The position numbers and the translations under genes were made by a program. Below are positions 56,678 to 64,000 of a DNA stretch of 64,000 nucleotides, one piece after another. Source of the DNA: Patescibacteria group bacterium (GTDB taxonomy: Bacteria > Patescibacteriota > Patescibacteriia > Buchananbacterales > UBA6539); assembly GCA_028688055.1 (NCBI GenBank), contig JAQTYZ010000001.1, positions 39,866-103,865 of the forward strand, written 5' to 3'. The notes beneath the pieces are model-generated. The model did not search any database. It was not told where the DNA came from and saw nothing but the letters and a program-made list of their open reading frames with translations. The number at the start of each line of letters is the position of its first letter. Position 1 is the first letter of the stretch.

Positions 56678-57805
56678 ATGAAGCTGGTAATTGCTGCTGA
56701 TATTTTTCCGCCGGACATTGGTGGACCTGCGACCTACAGCTTAAAGTTGGCAGAAAAATTAACTGCATTGGGCTGGCAAGTTAAGTTGGTTTGTTATAGT
56801 GATCAAGAACATCAAGATAATTTTTCATTTGCCGTCGCGCGCATTAATCGTCAGCACCATGTTATTGCTCGATATTGGCGCTATTTTGTAATTTTATTTT
56901 CTTTGTCCGCTGACGCTGATGTCATTTACGCGCAAGGTCCGGTCAGTGCCGGCTTACCGGCAGCCCTGGTCGCCAAACTGTTAAAAAAGAAATTAGTGGT
57001 GAAAATTGTCGGTGATTATGCCTGGGAATATGCGAGGAATTCTAAAAAAAGTACTTTGGGAATTGATGAATTCCAAACTGCAAGATTAACAGGTAAGGTA
57101 AGGCGACTGAAAAAAATTGAGACTTGGGTCTGTCGGCGAGCCGATAAAATAATTACGCCGAGTTTTTATTTGAAAAAAATTGTCTCAGGTTGGGGTATTA
57201 ATGATGGTAAAATTGAAGTGATTTATAATTCGGAACCGACTTCTCGTTATACTATTTCGCCAGCAGCGATTAATAAAAATCAGCTTTTGTCAGTCGGTCG
57301 TCTCGTACCGTGGAAAGGTTTTGAAGTTTTGATCGAGGTGGTTAAGGAATTGAATGACCAAAATGATCATTTTAATCTAATCATCCTTGGCGACGGGCCG
57401 GATAAAAAAAATCTGGTTAAAAAAATTAGCTCCTTCGGTGCTAGTGAGTTTGTCCTAATTAAGACGGCCAGCCAACTCGAGGTTGTTGATGAAATGAGCC
57501 AATCCGGAATTTTTATTCTTAATAGTGGCTATGAAGGTTTATCTCATACTATTTTGGAAGCTTTTTCGGCTGGCGTACCCGTTATCGCCAGCAATATTGG
57601 AGGTAATCCGGAGTTAATTACTGATGGGGAAAATGGCATTTTAGTTGAATATAATAATAAAGAACAGCTGAAGGCTGCCATCATTAAAATCGCCAATGAT
57701 GATGAATTACGAAAAAGTTTTATTGATAAATCTACAACAGTGCTGGAAAATTTTAGTGAGTCTAGGATGTTAGGTCGAATTAAGGAATTATTGGAACAGT
57801 TATGA
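56678..57805 (+). CDS. Glycosyltransferase family 4
   Basis: YEGLSHTILEAFSAGVPVIASNIGGNPELI. Confidence 0.75.
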   Translation: MKLVIAADIFPPDIGGPATYSLKLAEKLTALGWQVKLVCYSDQEHQDNFSFAVARINRQHHVIARYWRYFVILFSLSADADVIYAQGPVSAGLPAALVAKLLKKKLVVKIVGDYAWEYARNSKKSTLGIDEFQTARLTGKVRRLKKIETWVCRRADKIITPSFYLKKIVSGWGINDGKIEVIYNSEPTSRYTISPAAINKNQLLSVGRLVPWKGFEVLIEVVKELNDQNDHFNLIILGDGPDKKNLVKKISSFGASEFVLIKTASQLEVVDEMSQSGIFILNSGYEGLSHTILEAFSAGVPVIASNIGGNPELITDGENGILVEYNNKEQLKAAIIKIANDDELRKSFIDKSTTVLENFSESRMLGRIKELLEQL

Positions 57806-58917
57806 AAGTACTAATGATTTCAATTGATAAGGGGCTGCTGGGTCGCGATCAACTCGGCGATGTTATTAATCGGCACGCGGCGTATGGCAAATATGTTGAT
57901 ATTTTAGATATTTTAGTATTAAGCCCCGTTGGCTTCAACCAAAACAAAATCTCGGATAATGTGACAGCCTATCCGACCAATTCGGCCACTAGGCTCAAAT
58001 ATTATTTTGATGGTTTACGCATAGCTAAAAAAATGTATCAGAAAAAAAAATATGATCTAGTGGTTTGCCAAGAACCGTTTGTCGGAGGTTTAATAGCTGT
58101 CAAGCTCAAAAAAAAGTTTAAGATCAAAATTTTACTGCATTTTCACGGTGATTTTTGGCAAAATCCATCATGGCTCAAAGAAAGTAAATTGAATTTTTTA
58201 TTTTTAGCGATTTCAAAAATAACCGTTAGGAAAGCTGATGGCATCAGAGTGATGAGCGAAGGGCAAAAAACGAAACTTATTTCGGCCGGTATCAATCAAG
58301 AAATTATTAAAGTTATTTCCACGCCGGTTAATTTAGAAAAATATCGCCACCCCGATATTAATCAGGTCGCGATTAATCGCGGCAACGGGATGCCAATTGT
58401 TTTGCACGTTAGTCGAGATGATGTGGTTAAAGACTTTCCAACCTTAATTAAAGTTTTTGATTTAGTCTATCAAAATTTTCCACCGGTTCGATTTTGGCAA
58501 GTCGGAGCGCGCTCGACTATGGAAGAATTGAAAAAAAAGTTTCCACATTTGCCCATAACGCTAACCGGTAAAATTGACCAGAATAGCTTAGTTAATATTT
58601 ACCATGCGGCTGATGTTTTGGTTTTAACTTCAACCTCAGAGAGTTTTGGCAAAGTCTTGGTTGAAGCCAACGCTTGTGGTAAACCGGTTGTAGCGACTCA
58701 AACCACCGGCGCCAAAGAAATTGTGATTGATGGCGAGAACGGCTACTTAGCGCCGGTGGGCGACGCGGAAAAAATTGCGGAAAAGATTATTTACTTATTA
58801 AATAATCCGGCTGTGGCTAAAGCCATGGGGGCAAGAGGTCTAGAGCTAGTGAACAAAAATTTTGGCAATAATACCGAAAAGATTATTAGTTTTTGGCGGG
58901 AGGTGGCGGGGATATGA
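57802..58917 (+). CDS. Glycosyltransferase family 4
   Basis: SESFGKVLVEANACGKPVVATQTTGAKEIV. It overlaps the previous gene by 4 nt (ATGA). Confidence 0.75.
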   Translation: MKVLMISIDKGLLGRDQLGDVINRHAAYGKYVDILDILVLSPVGFNQNKISDNVTAYPTNSATRLKYYFDGLRIAKKMYQKKKYDLVVCQEPFVGGLIAVKLKKKFKIKILLHFHGDFWQNPSWLKESKLNFLFLAISKITVRKADGIRVMSEGQKTKLISAGINQEIIKVISTPVNLEKYRHPDINQVAINRGNGMPIVLHVSRDDVVKDFPTLIKVFDLVYQNFPPVRFWQVGARSTMEELKKKFPHLPITLTGKIDQNSLVNIYHAADVLVLTSTSESFGKVLVEANACGKPVVATQTTGAKEIVIDGENGYLAPVGDAEKIAEKIIYLLNNPAVAKAMGARGLELVNKNFGNNTEKIISFWREVAGI

Positions 58918-59942
58918 AATTAATAATGATCACAAGAAAAGTCGACCGGTCAGAGCACTTAGCTGGCTTTATTTATAATTGGGTTAACAAAATTAGCCGT
59001 CACGTCAATCAGCTAATCGTTATTAGTTGGCAGGAAGGCGATGCTAGTGGTTTACCTGGTAACGTTAAAGTTATTTTTTTACCAACTAACGCCAATAAGC
59101 TGGTTAAGGTTATTAAATTCGCCGCGGCGCTGCGCCACTATATCAAAGATGTTGACGGTATCTTTTGTCATCAGATGCCACTGTACACAATTCTAGCCGC
59201 GCCATTTTCCAAGTTATATCATAAGAAAATTGTGAGTTGGTATATGCATCGACAGGTAGATTTTAAAATGAAAGTTATGGAAAAATTATCCGATGTTGTG
59301 TTGTCAGCTTCGGCGGAGAGTTTTCGTCTGCCGACAAAAAAATTAGTGCTTACTGGCCACGGCATTGATGTTAATATTTTTCAGCCCGCCAAGATGGAGG
59401 TTGGCAGTAAGTCATTATTAACCGTTGGCCGTATTTCCCCCACGAAAGATTATGAGTCAATGATCAAGGCCGTTGATATTTTACATAAGAGTGGTGACAA
59501 TTTTAATCTATCAATTATCGGCAATATCGGCTTAAAGGATCAAGCCGTATATTTGGCGAGTCTCAAGGGTATGGTTGACGCCATGAAACTCAAAAATCAA
59601 GTATCATTTCTCGGACCGCGGTCTAACACCCAAATCCCGTCCTACCTCCAAAAAACGTCGATTTTTATTAATTTAAGCGGTACGGGCAGCGTTGATAAAG
59701 CAGTCCTTGAGGCGATGGCTTGTGGTTGTTTAGTCCTAACCAGCAACGAAGCTTTTAAGCCGATTTTACCGGAGGAATTAATGGTTGAGCAAAACAACCC
59801 GAAGCAATTGGCCGAGAAAATAAAATGGTTGACATCACTTGATTACTCAAAAATTAATGACCTGCGGTTAGTACTCAGGGAAATCGTTGTTAATAATCAT
59901 AACCTTGATAATTTAGTTAAAAAAATTATTTCACAATTTTAA
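58914..59942 (+). CDS. Glycosyltransferase family 4-like
   Basis: TGSVDKAVLEAMACGCLVLTSNEAF. The start is taken at the ATG at 58914, which overlaps the upstream stop (ATGA). Confidence 0.6.
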   Translation: MKLIMITRKVDRSEHLAGFIYNWVNKISRHVNQLIVISWQEGDASGLPGNVKVIFLPTNANKLVKVIKFAAALRHYIKDVDGIFCHQMPLYTILAAPFSKLYHKKIVSWYMHRQVDFKMKVMEKLSDVVLSASAESFRLPTKKLVLTGHGIDVNIFQPAKMEVGSKSLLTVGRISPTKDYESMIKAVDILHKSGDNFNLSIIGNIGLKDQAVYLASLKGMVDAMKLKNQVSFLGPRSNTQIPSYLQKTSIFINLSGTGSVDKAVLEAMACGCLVLTSNEAFKPILPEELMVEQNNPKQLAEKIKWLTSLDYSKINDLRLVLREIVVNNHNLDNLVKKIISQF

Positions 59943-60859
59943 TGATGAATTTCCGGCGACTTAAAAAAGAATTATACTACTTGCGCAAATCATTTTTTGA
60001 GTTTCATCGCCCAGTTCAATATACAATGTTGAGATTTTTTTATGCCAAAAAAATTCTTAAGTCGGCCACCCCTCTTGATCGAGCGGCCGACCGAACTGAT
60101 TTGTCAATTCATCTTTTAGTTTGCAGTCGCGATATTTTGATGATGTGCTGGTCACTGGCGAGTTATTACGCGGTCAGTAAATCAGTTGGTAAACTATATA
60201 TTCATAATGACGGAAGCTTGACGAAAAATGATATCACTATTATTACAAAATTATTTCCCCAGGCGACCATTGTCAAGACGGAATTGTTTGTTAAACAGTA
60301 TGAGTCGGAATTGTCAGTATATCCGCAAATTTATCGCTGTCGGTTAGACAAGCGGTATGTTTATTATAAAAAATTAATTGATCAATATTTTGTTTCTTCA
60401 GCGCCAATTCATCTTATTATTGATAGTGATTTGTTGTGGTTTTTACCGCCGACTGAGTTAGAGCGTGCTTATGATGAGGCAAAATCAAAATCATTAATGA
60501 TGCCAAATCTGTCAACGGCCGATGTCTATTTTAAGGGCGGCGAAGCCATGCCGAAAAATTTTGCGATGTATAATTCCGGCATTGTGATGTTTCATCGTAA
60601 CAATTTTAATTTGACGAGATTGGAAGATTTTTTGTCTCGGGTTGACGGCGATGACCCGCGTAATCATTTTATTGAGCAGGGCGCCTTTGCTTATTGTCTT
60701 GATTTTCTTTTACCATTACCGCTTGATCGGTATCATATTAAGGGAGAAATTAATAATGAAACAGTTGTGAAACATTACACCAGCCCGCGGCGACCACTAT
60801 TTTATATTGAAGGAGTTAAATTGTTAAAAAATAAATTAATTAAATATGCAACGAACTGA
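59942..60859 (+). CDS. Hypothetical protein, possibly a nucleotide-diphospho-sugar transferase with a DxD motif
   Basis: It contains IIDSDLLWF, a DSD stretch. I found no other recognisable motifs. It sits inside the glycosylation locus. Confidence 0.3.
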   Translation: MMNFRRLKKELYYLRKSFFEFHRPVQYTMLRFFYAKKILKSATPLDRAADRTDLSIHLLVCSRDILMMCWSLASYYAVSKSVGKLYIHNDGSLTKNDITIITKLFPQATIVKTELFVKQYESELSVYPQIYRCRLDKRYVYYKKLIDQYFVSSAPIHLIIDSDLLWFLPPTELERAYDEAKSKSLMMPNLSTADVYFKGGEAMPKNFAMYNSGIVMFHRNNFNLTRLEDFLSRVDGDDPRNHFIEQGAFAYCLDFLLPLPLDRYHIKGEINNETVVKHYTSPRRPLFYIEGVKLLKNKLIKYATN

Positions 60860-61439
60860 TTTTTTGTTTCAGCATCTCCAGACCGGTAAAATTTTAGATG
60901 TCGGTAATTTAGGAATGGATGCTGAAATTCATGACTTATTAATTAAGAAATATTCCGATAGTCAGATTTATGGTTTAGACGTTGAGAATCAAGCCAAATA
61001 CGGAAAAAATTACTCTAATCAATTAGTTGGTAACGCCGAAGCCATGCCCTATGAAGACAACCTTTTTGACACGATTTATTTAGGTGAAGTCTTGGAACAC
61101 ACTTGGCAACCCAAAGTTTTGATTGGTGAGTGTTTCAGAGTTTTGAAGCCGGGCGGTGTTTTAATTTTAGATACGCCAAATGTTTATGCTCTTTCAAGAT
61201 TAATTAGATATTTCATTATTGGGCAAGATATAATTCTAGGTAACCCCGACCATAAAATATTTTTTTCTCGCGCGATGCTAGATAATTTATTTAAAAAAGT
61301 CGGCTTTAATGTTATTACGACAATGGCTGATAATAAATTTACACTTAAAAGCAAAAATTTTTCTTTGCCCCGTTTTGGCGCTTTAAAATTTCAGGGTGAA
61401 CATTTACTTGGAGCGGCTAGAAAACCTCATGGAAATTGA
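60846..61439 (+). CDS. Class I SAM-dependent methyltransferase
   Basis: ILDVGNLGMD is a motif-I-like sequence, and LKPGGVLILDTPN is also present. Confidence 0.6.
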   Translation: MQRTDFLFQHLQTGKILDVGNLGMDAEIHDLLIKKYSDSQIYGLDVENQAKYGKNYSNQLVGNAEAMPYEDNLFDTIYLGEVLEHTWQPKVLIGECFRVLKPGGVLILDTPNVYALSRLIRYFIIGQDIILGNPDHKIFFSRAMLDNLFKKVGFNVITTMADNKFTLKSKNFSLPRFGALKFQGEHLLGAARKPHGN

Positions 61440-62493
61440 TCGGATAAAATTTAAATTATTTGCTTTCCCGTTGGCTTTAAAAGCCCCTAACGCTTATTGG
61501 GACAATTTATATGGTGAAATTGCAAAGTCCGGGGAGGTTAAAATTTATAATAATGATTTTTGGAAATTATTATTTTCCTTTAATCGACCGCAGATTGTTC
61601 ATCTCCATTGGCCGACGATTTTGTACGCTAGTCGTTATTCAATTATTCGTCCAATTAAATTATTAATTAGACTAAAAATTTTATTACTTTCAAAACTTCG
61701 TGGTGATATTTTAGTCTGGACCATGCATAATTATAAAAGTCATGAGTCTGGTGATAAAATTTTGGACAAAATTGCTATGACTTTTTTAGTTAAATTTTCT
61801 GATTCAATTATTGTCCATACGGAAGCTGGTAAAATTTTTTTAGCTCAAAAATATAAAAGGCTTAAAAATGTCTATATCATTGAGCATGGAAATTATGTTA
61901 ATTTTCACGGCCCAATTAAGGATCGTCCGGACGATAATTTATTGCGTCGGTTGGGCTTGACGGAAAATGATAAAGTTTATTTAAGTTTAGGATCCATAAA
62001 AAGATATAAGGGTTTAGAAAAAATTATTAAGGTTTTTAACCAATTGCCTCGTAACAATAAATTACTTATCGCTGGCAAATCGTTTGATCAAAGTTACCTT
62101 GATGATTTGAAAGCTTTGGCTAAAAATCAAAATATTATTTTTTCCATTGGCACCATCCCCGGTGATGATTTACCGAGCTATTTTTCACTTGCTCGCGCTT
62201 CACTTTTTTCTTTTAATGAAGTGTTGACGTCTGGCTCAGTTATTCTTTCACTATCATATGCGGTGCCAGTCTTAGTGCCAGCCGAGGGAGACTTGCCTTA
62301 CATAATCAAAGATGATTTTAATGGTTTTCTTTATCATTCTGAAGCAGAATTTAGAGATAAACTTAGTAATTTTATTTTAATGTCTGATGATAAATTAACC
62401 CAACTTAAAAAAGGCAGTTTTGGTTTTGCTAACAATTTAAGTTATAATAAAATTGCCAAAAAAACTTTAGTGGCATATAAAATTTTAAAATAA
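61396..62493 (+). CDS. Putative glycosyltransferase (GT-B-like)
   Basis: The N-terminal IVHLHWP resembles a GT4 N-terminal domain. The assignment rests mainly on context and is weak. The true start may be the ATG at about 61430. Confidence 0.35.
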   Translation: MNIYLERLENLMEIDRIKFKLFAFPLALKAPNAYWDNLYGEIAKSGEVKIYNNDFWKLLFSFNRPQIVHLHWPTILYASRYSIIRPIKLLIRLKILLLSKLRGDILVWTMHNYKSHESGDKILDKIAMTFLVKFSDSIIVHTEAGKIFLAQKYKRLKNVYIIEHGNYVNFHGPIKDRPDDNLLRRLGLTENDKVYLSLGSIKRYKGLEKIIKVFNQLPRNNKLLIAGKSFDQSYLDDLKALAKNQNIIFSIGTIPGDDLPSYFSLARASLFSFNEVLTSGSVILSLSYAVPVLVPAEGDLPYIIKDDFNGFLYHSEAEFRDKLSNFILMSDDKLTQLKKGSFGFANNLSYNKIAKKTLVAYKILK

Positions 62494-62496
62494 ATT

Positions 62497-63198
62497 ATGA
62501 TGGAAAAGACAAATTTTTACGATGAGTTGTATTCAAAAAAAGGTAAAGCAGCAATGCGTCCTTATTGGGTTTATGACAATTGGTTTAAGCTGTTAGGGCC
62601 GGTGGAACGTGGTCAAAGTCTGCTCGATGTTGGATGCGGTACGGGGTTGCTTTTAAAAGCGGCCGAACATAGGGGATTAAAGACGTTTGGTTTAGAACTT
62701 TCCATTGAAGCGATTAAGCTGGCGGCGGAAAACTCACCAAATTCTGAAATAACTCAAGGCGAAGGTGAACATTTACCTTTTGCCGATTCACAATTCGATT
62801 ATGTGTGTTGTCTGGGAACTTTAGAGCATATGTCCGATGTCCCAAAGGGACTAAATGAGCTTGTTCGGGTTGGTAGGCAAACTGCTAAATTTTTGATCGT
62901 GCTCCCTAATGATAATTATTTTTTTTGGAAATTAAAAAAAATTAATAAAGGCACCGCTCAAAGGGATTTTGAAGAATTAAAAACTCTAGCTGAATGGAAA
63001 AAAATGTTAGCTAATGCTGGGCTGGAAATAATTGGTAAAATTAGGCAAGACAAGTATCCCAGTCAGGAGCTCAAGATTTTTGCTTTTAAAAATCCGTATA
63101 AGGTTATCCGACGAATGATGTATAAATTTATTTGGTTGTTTATGCCGTTAAAATATACTTATCAGTTTGTTTTTATTTTAAAGAAAAAAACTCAATGA
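62497..63198 (+). CDS. Class I SAM-dependent methyltransferase
   Basis: LLDVGCGTGLLL is motif I. EHLPFADSQFDYVCCLGTLEHM is also present. Confidence 0.7.
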   Translation: MMEKTNFYDELYSKKGKAAMRPYWVYDNWFKLLGPVERGQSLLDVGCGTGLLLKAAEHRGLKTFGLELSIEAIKLAAENSPNSEITQGEGEHLPFADSQFDYVCCLGTLEHMSDVPKGLNELVRVGRQTAKFLIVLPNDNYFFWKLKKINKGTAQRDFEELKTLAEWKKMLANAGLEIIGKIRQDKYPSQELKIFAFKNPYKVIRRMMYKFIWLFMPLKYTYQFVFILKKKTQ

Positions 63199-64000
63199 AA
63201 ATAGTCTATATTGCCAACATTAGAATTCCAACGTCGAAAGCGCACGGGTTGCAGGTCGCCAAGATGAGTGAAAGTTTTTCCGCAAACGGTGCTGAAGTTG
63301 AGCTAGTTGTGCCCAGTCGAAAAAATCGAGAGCTACTTGGCGTCAATCTATTTTCTTACTATGGAATAAAGAAAAATTTTACTTTTAAAAAAATATGGTG
63401 CCTTGACCCGCTTTTTTTAATTGGTTTTAAAAACGGAATTTATATTAAAATTCAATCGTTGTTGTTCAGTGTTAGTTTATTTTTTTATTTAGCTTTCAAG
63501 AATAAAACTAGCTCGGATGTTGGTTATGTCCGCGATGAGTATCTACTGCCAATTGTTTTAAGGTTTTTCCCAAATGTGGTTTGGGAGGCTCATAATTTGC
63601 CTAACCATCGCCAGTACTACGTTAAGTACTTTAAGCGCTGTCAAAAAATCGTAACGATAACTTCTGGTTTAAAACAAGATTTAATAACCTTAGGGGTTAG
63701 CGCTGATAATATATACGTCGCCCCTGATGGAGTTGATTTGGATCAGTTTGCGGTTAAAGAAGATAAAAACTATTGTCGCAAGCAATTAAATTTAGTCAAA
63801 GACCAAAAATTGATAATATATACTGGCCAGCTTTTTGAATGGAAGGGGGTATTTACCTTAGCCGACTGTGGGCAATATCTAACGGGCGCCACAATTATTT
63901 TTGTTGGGGGCACTGCCACTGATCAAACAATTTTAAAAAAATATATCGAGGGTAAAAAAATTATTAATACCGTTTTAATTAATCAGCAGCCGCATGATAA
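63195..64000 (+). CDS. Glycosyltransferase family 4, cut at its 3' end by the window edge
   Basis: It overlaps the previous gene with ATGA at 63195 and is not in the ORF track because no stop is reached. MKIVYIANIRIPTSKAHGLQVAKMSE... and VGGTATDQ look like a GT4 N-terminal domain. The reading frame stays open to position 64000. Confidence 0.55.
   Translation, partial: MKIVYIANIRIPTSKAHGLQVAKMSESFSANGAEVELVVPSRKNRELLGVNLFSYYGIKKNFTFKKIWCLDPLFLIGFKNGIYIKIQSLLFSVSLFFYLAFKNKTSSDVGYVRDEYLLPIVLRFFPNVVWEAHNLPNHRQYYVKYFKRCQKIVTITSGLKQDLITLGVSADNIYVAPDGVDLDQFAVKEDKNYCRKQLNLVKDQKLIIYTGQLFEWKGVFTLADCGQYLTGATIIFVGGTATDQTILKKYIEGKKIINTVLINQQPHD

Noticed and set aside
1-64000. CRISPR arrays, IS elements or transposases, restriction-modification or other recognisable defence systems
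   Set aside because: Reading intergenic regions found no regularly spaced direct repeats. No transposase or integrase ORFs were found. The two methyltransferases near 9861 and 60846 are Methyltransf_11-like small-molecule or sugar enzymes without DNA-methyltransferase motifs.

Overview
This 64 kb window is overwhelmingly plus-strand, densely packed and AT-rich, at roughly 37-42% GC by spot counts. Several gene junctions overlap by 4 nt (ATGA), and Shine-Dalgarno signals are mostly weak. The gene content is type IV pilus genes, many glycosyltransferases, ECF sigma/anti-sigma pairs and very little biosynthetic capacity. By inference this suggests a small-genome, cell-envelope-focused bacterium, possibly of the CPR/Patescibacteria type. 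The housekeeping genes present are aspS, scpA/scpB, tpiA, a tRNA-Thr/Tyr/Thr-rpmG-tRNA-Trp cluster, rarA, a UvrD-like helicase and a P-type ATPase. At least five short blocks have clearly higher GC (about 50-60%). They carry nucleotide-metabolism genes: a fused pyrB-pyrI aspartate carbamoyltransferase (ATCase), purD and purA. The blocks at 5.2 kb and 32.6 kb carry genes of unknown function. These blocks look like horizontally acquired inserts. One of them lies next to a tRNA-Pro with a nearby partial tRNA duplicate. The purD insert ends in a GC-rich bidirectional terminator. The most coherent candidate system is in the 3' third of the window. An ECF sigma/anti-sigma pair is followed by a 1238-aa secreted protein rich in Thr, Ser, Ala, Gly and Val, which looks like an S-layer or surface protein with a long leader and a strong terminator. 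About 16 kb of glycosylation genes follow. These are two PMT/ArnT-like GT-C membrane glycosyltransferases with a TPR protein, seven or more GT4 enzymes, a UDP-sugar epimerase, a nucleotide-sugar dehydrogenase and three SAM methyltransferases. Together they are most consistent with a surface-protein O-glycosylation locus. Other notable items are a catalytically dead HtrA/DegP-PDZ homolog, a DsbA-like/BlaI/BlaR1 (no sensor domain)/ArsR/CcdA module whose promoters share hexamers and carry operator-like dyads, a YbaK-type deacylase with a polylysine tail, and an rpmG gene that falls below the ORF track's 60-aa cutoff. There are also unusual tRNA features: one tRNA enclosed in a 22-bp extended stem and one with an atypical T-loop. 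Coordinates of non-CDS features were hand-counted and may be off by 1-2 nt.
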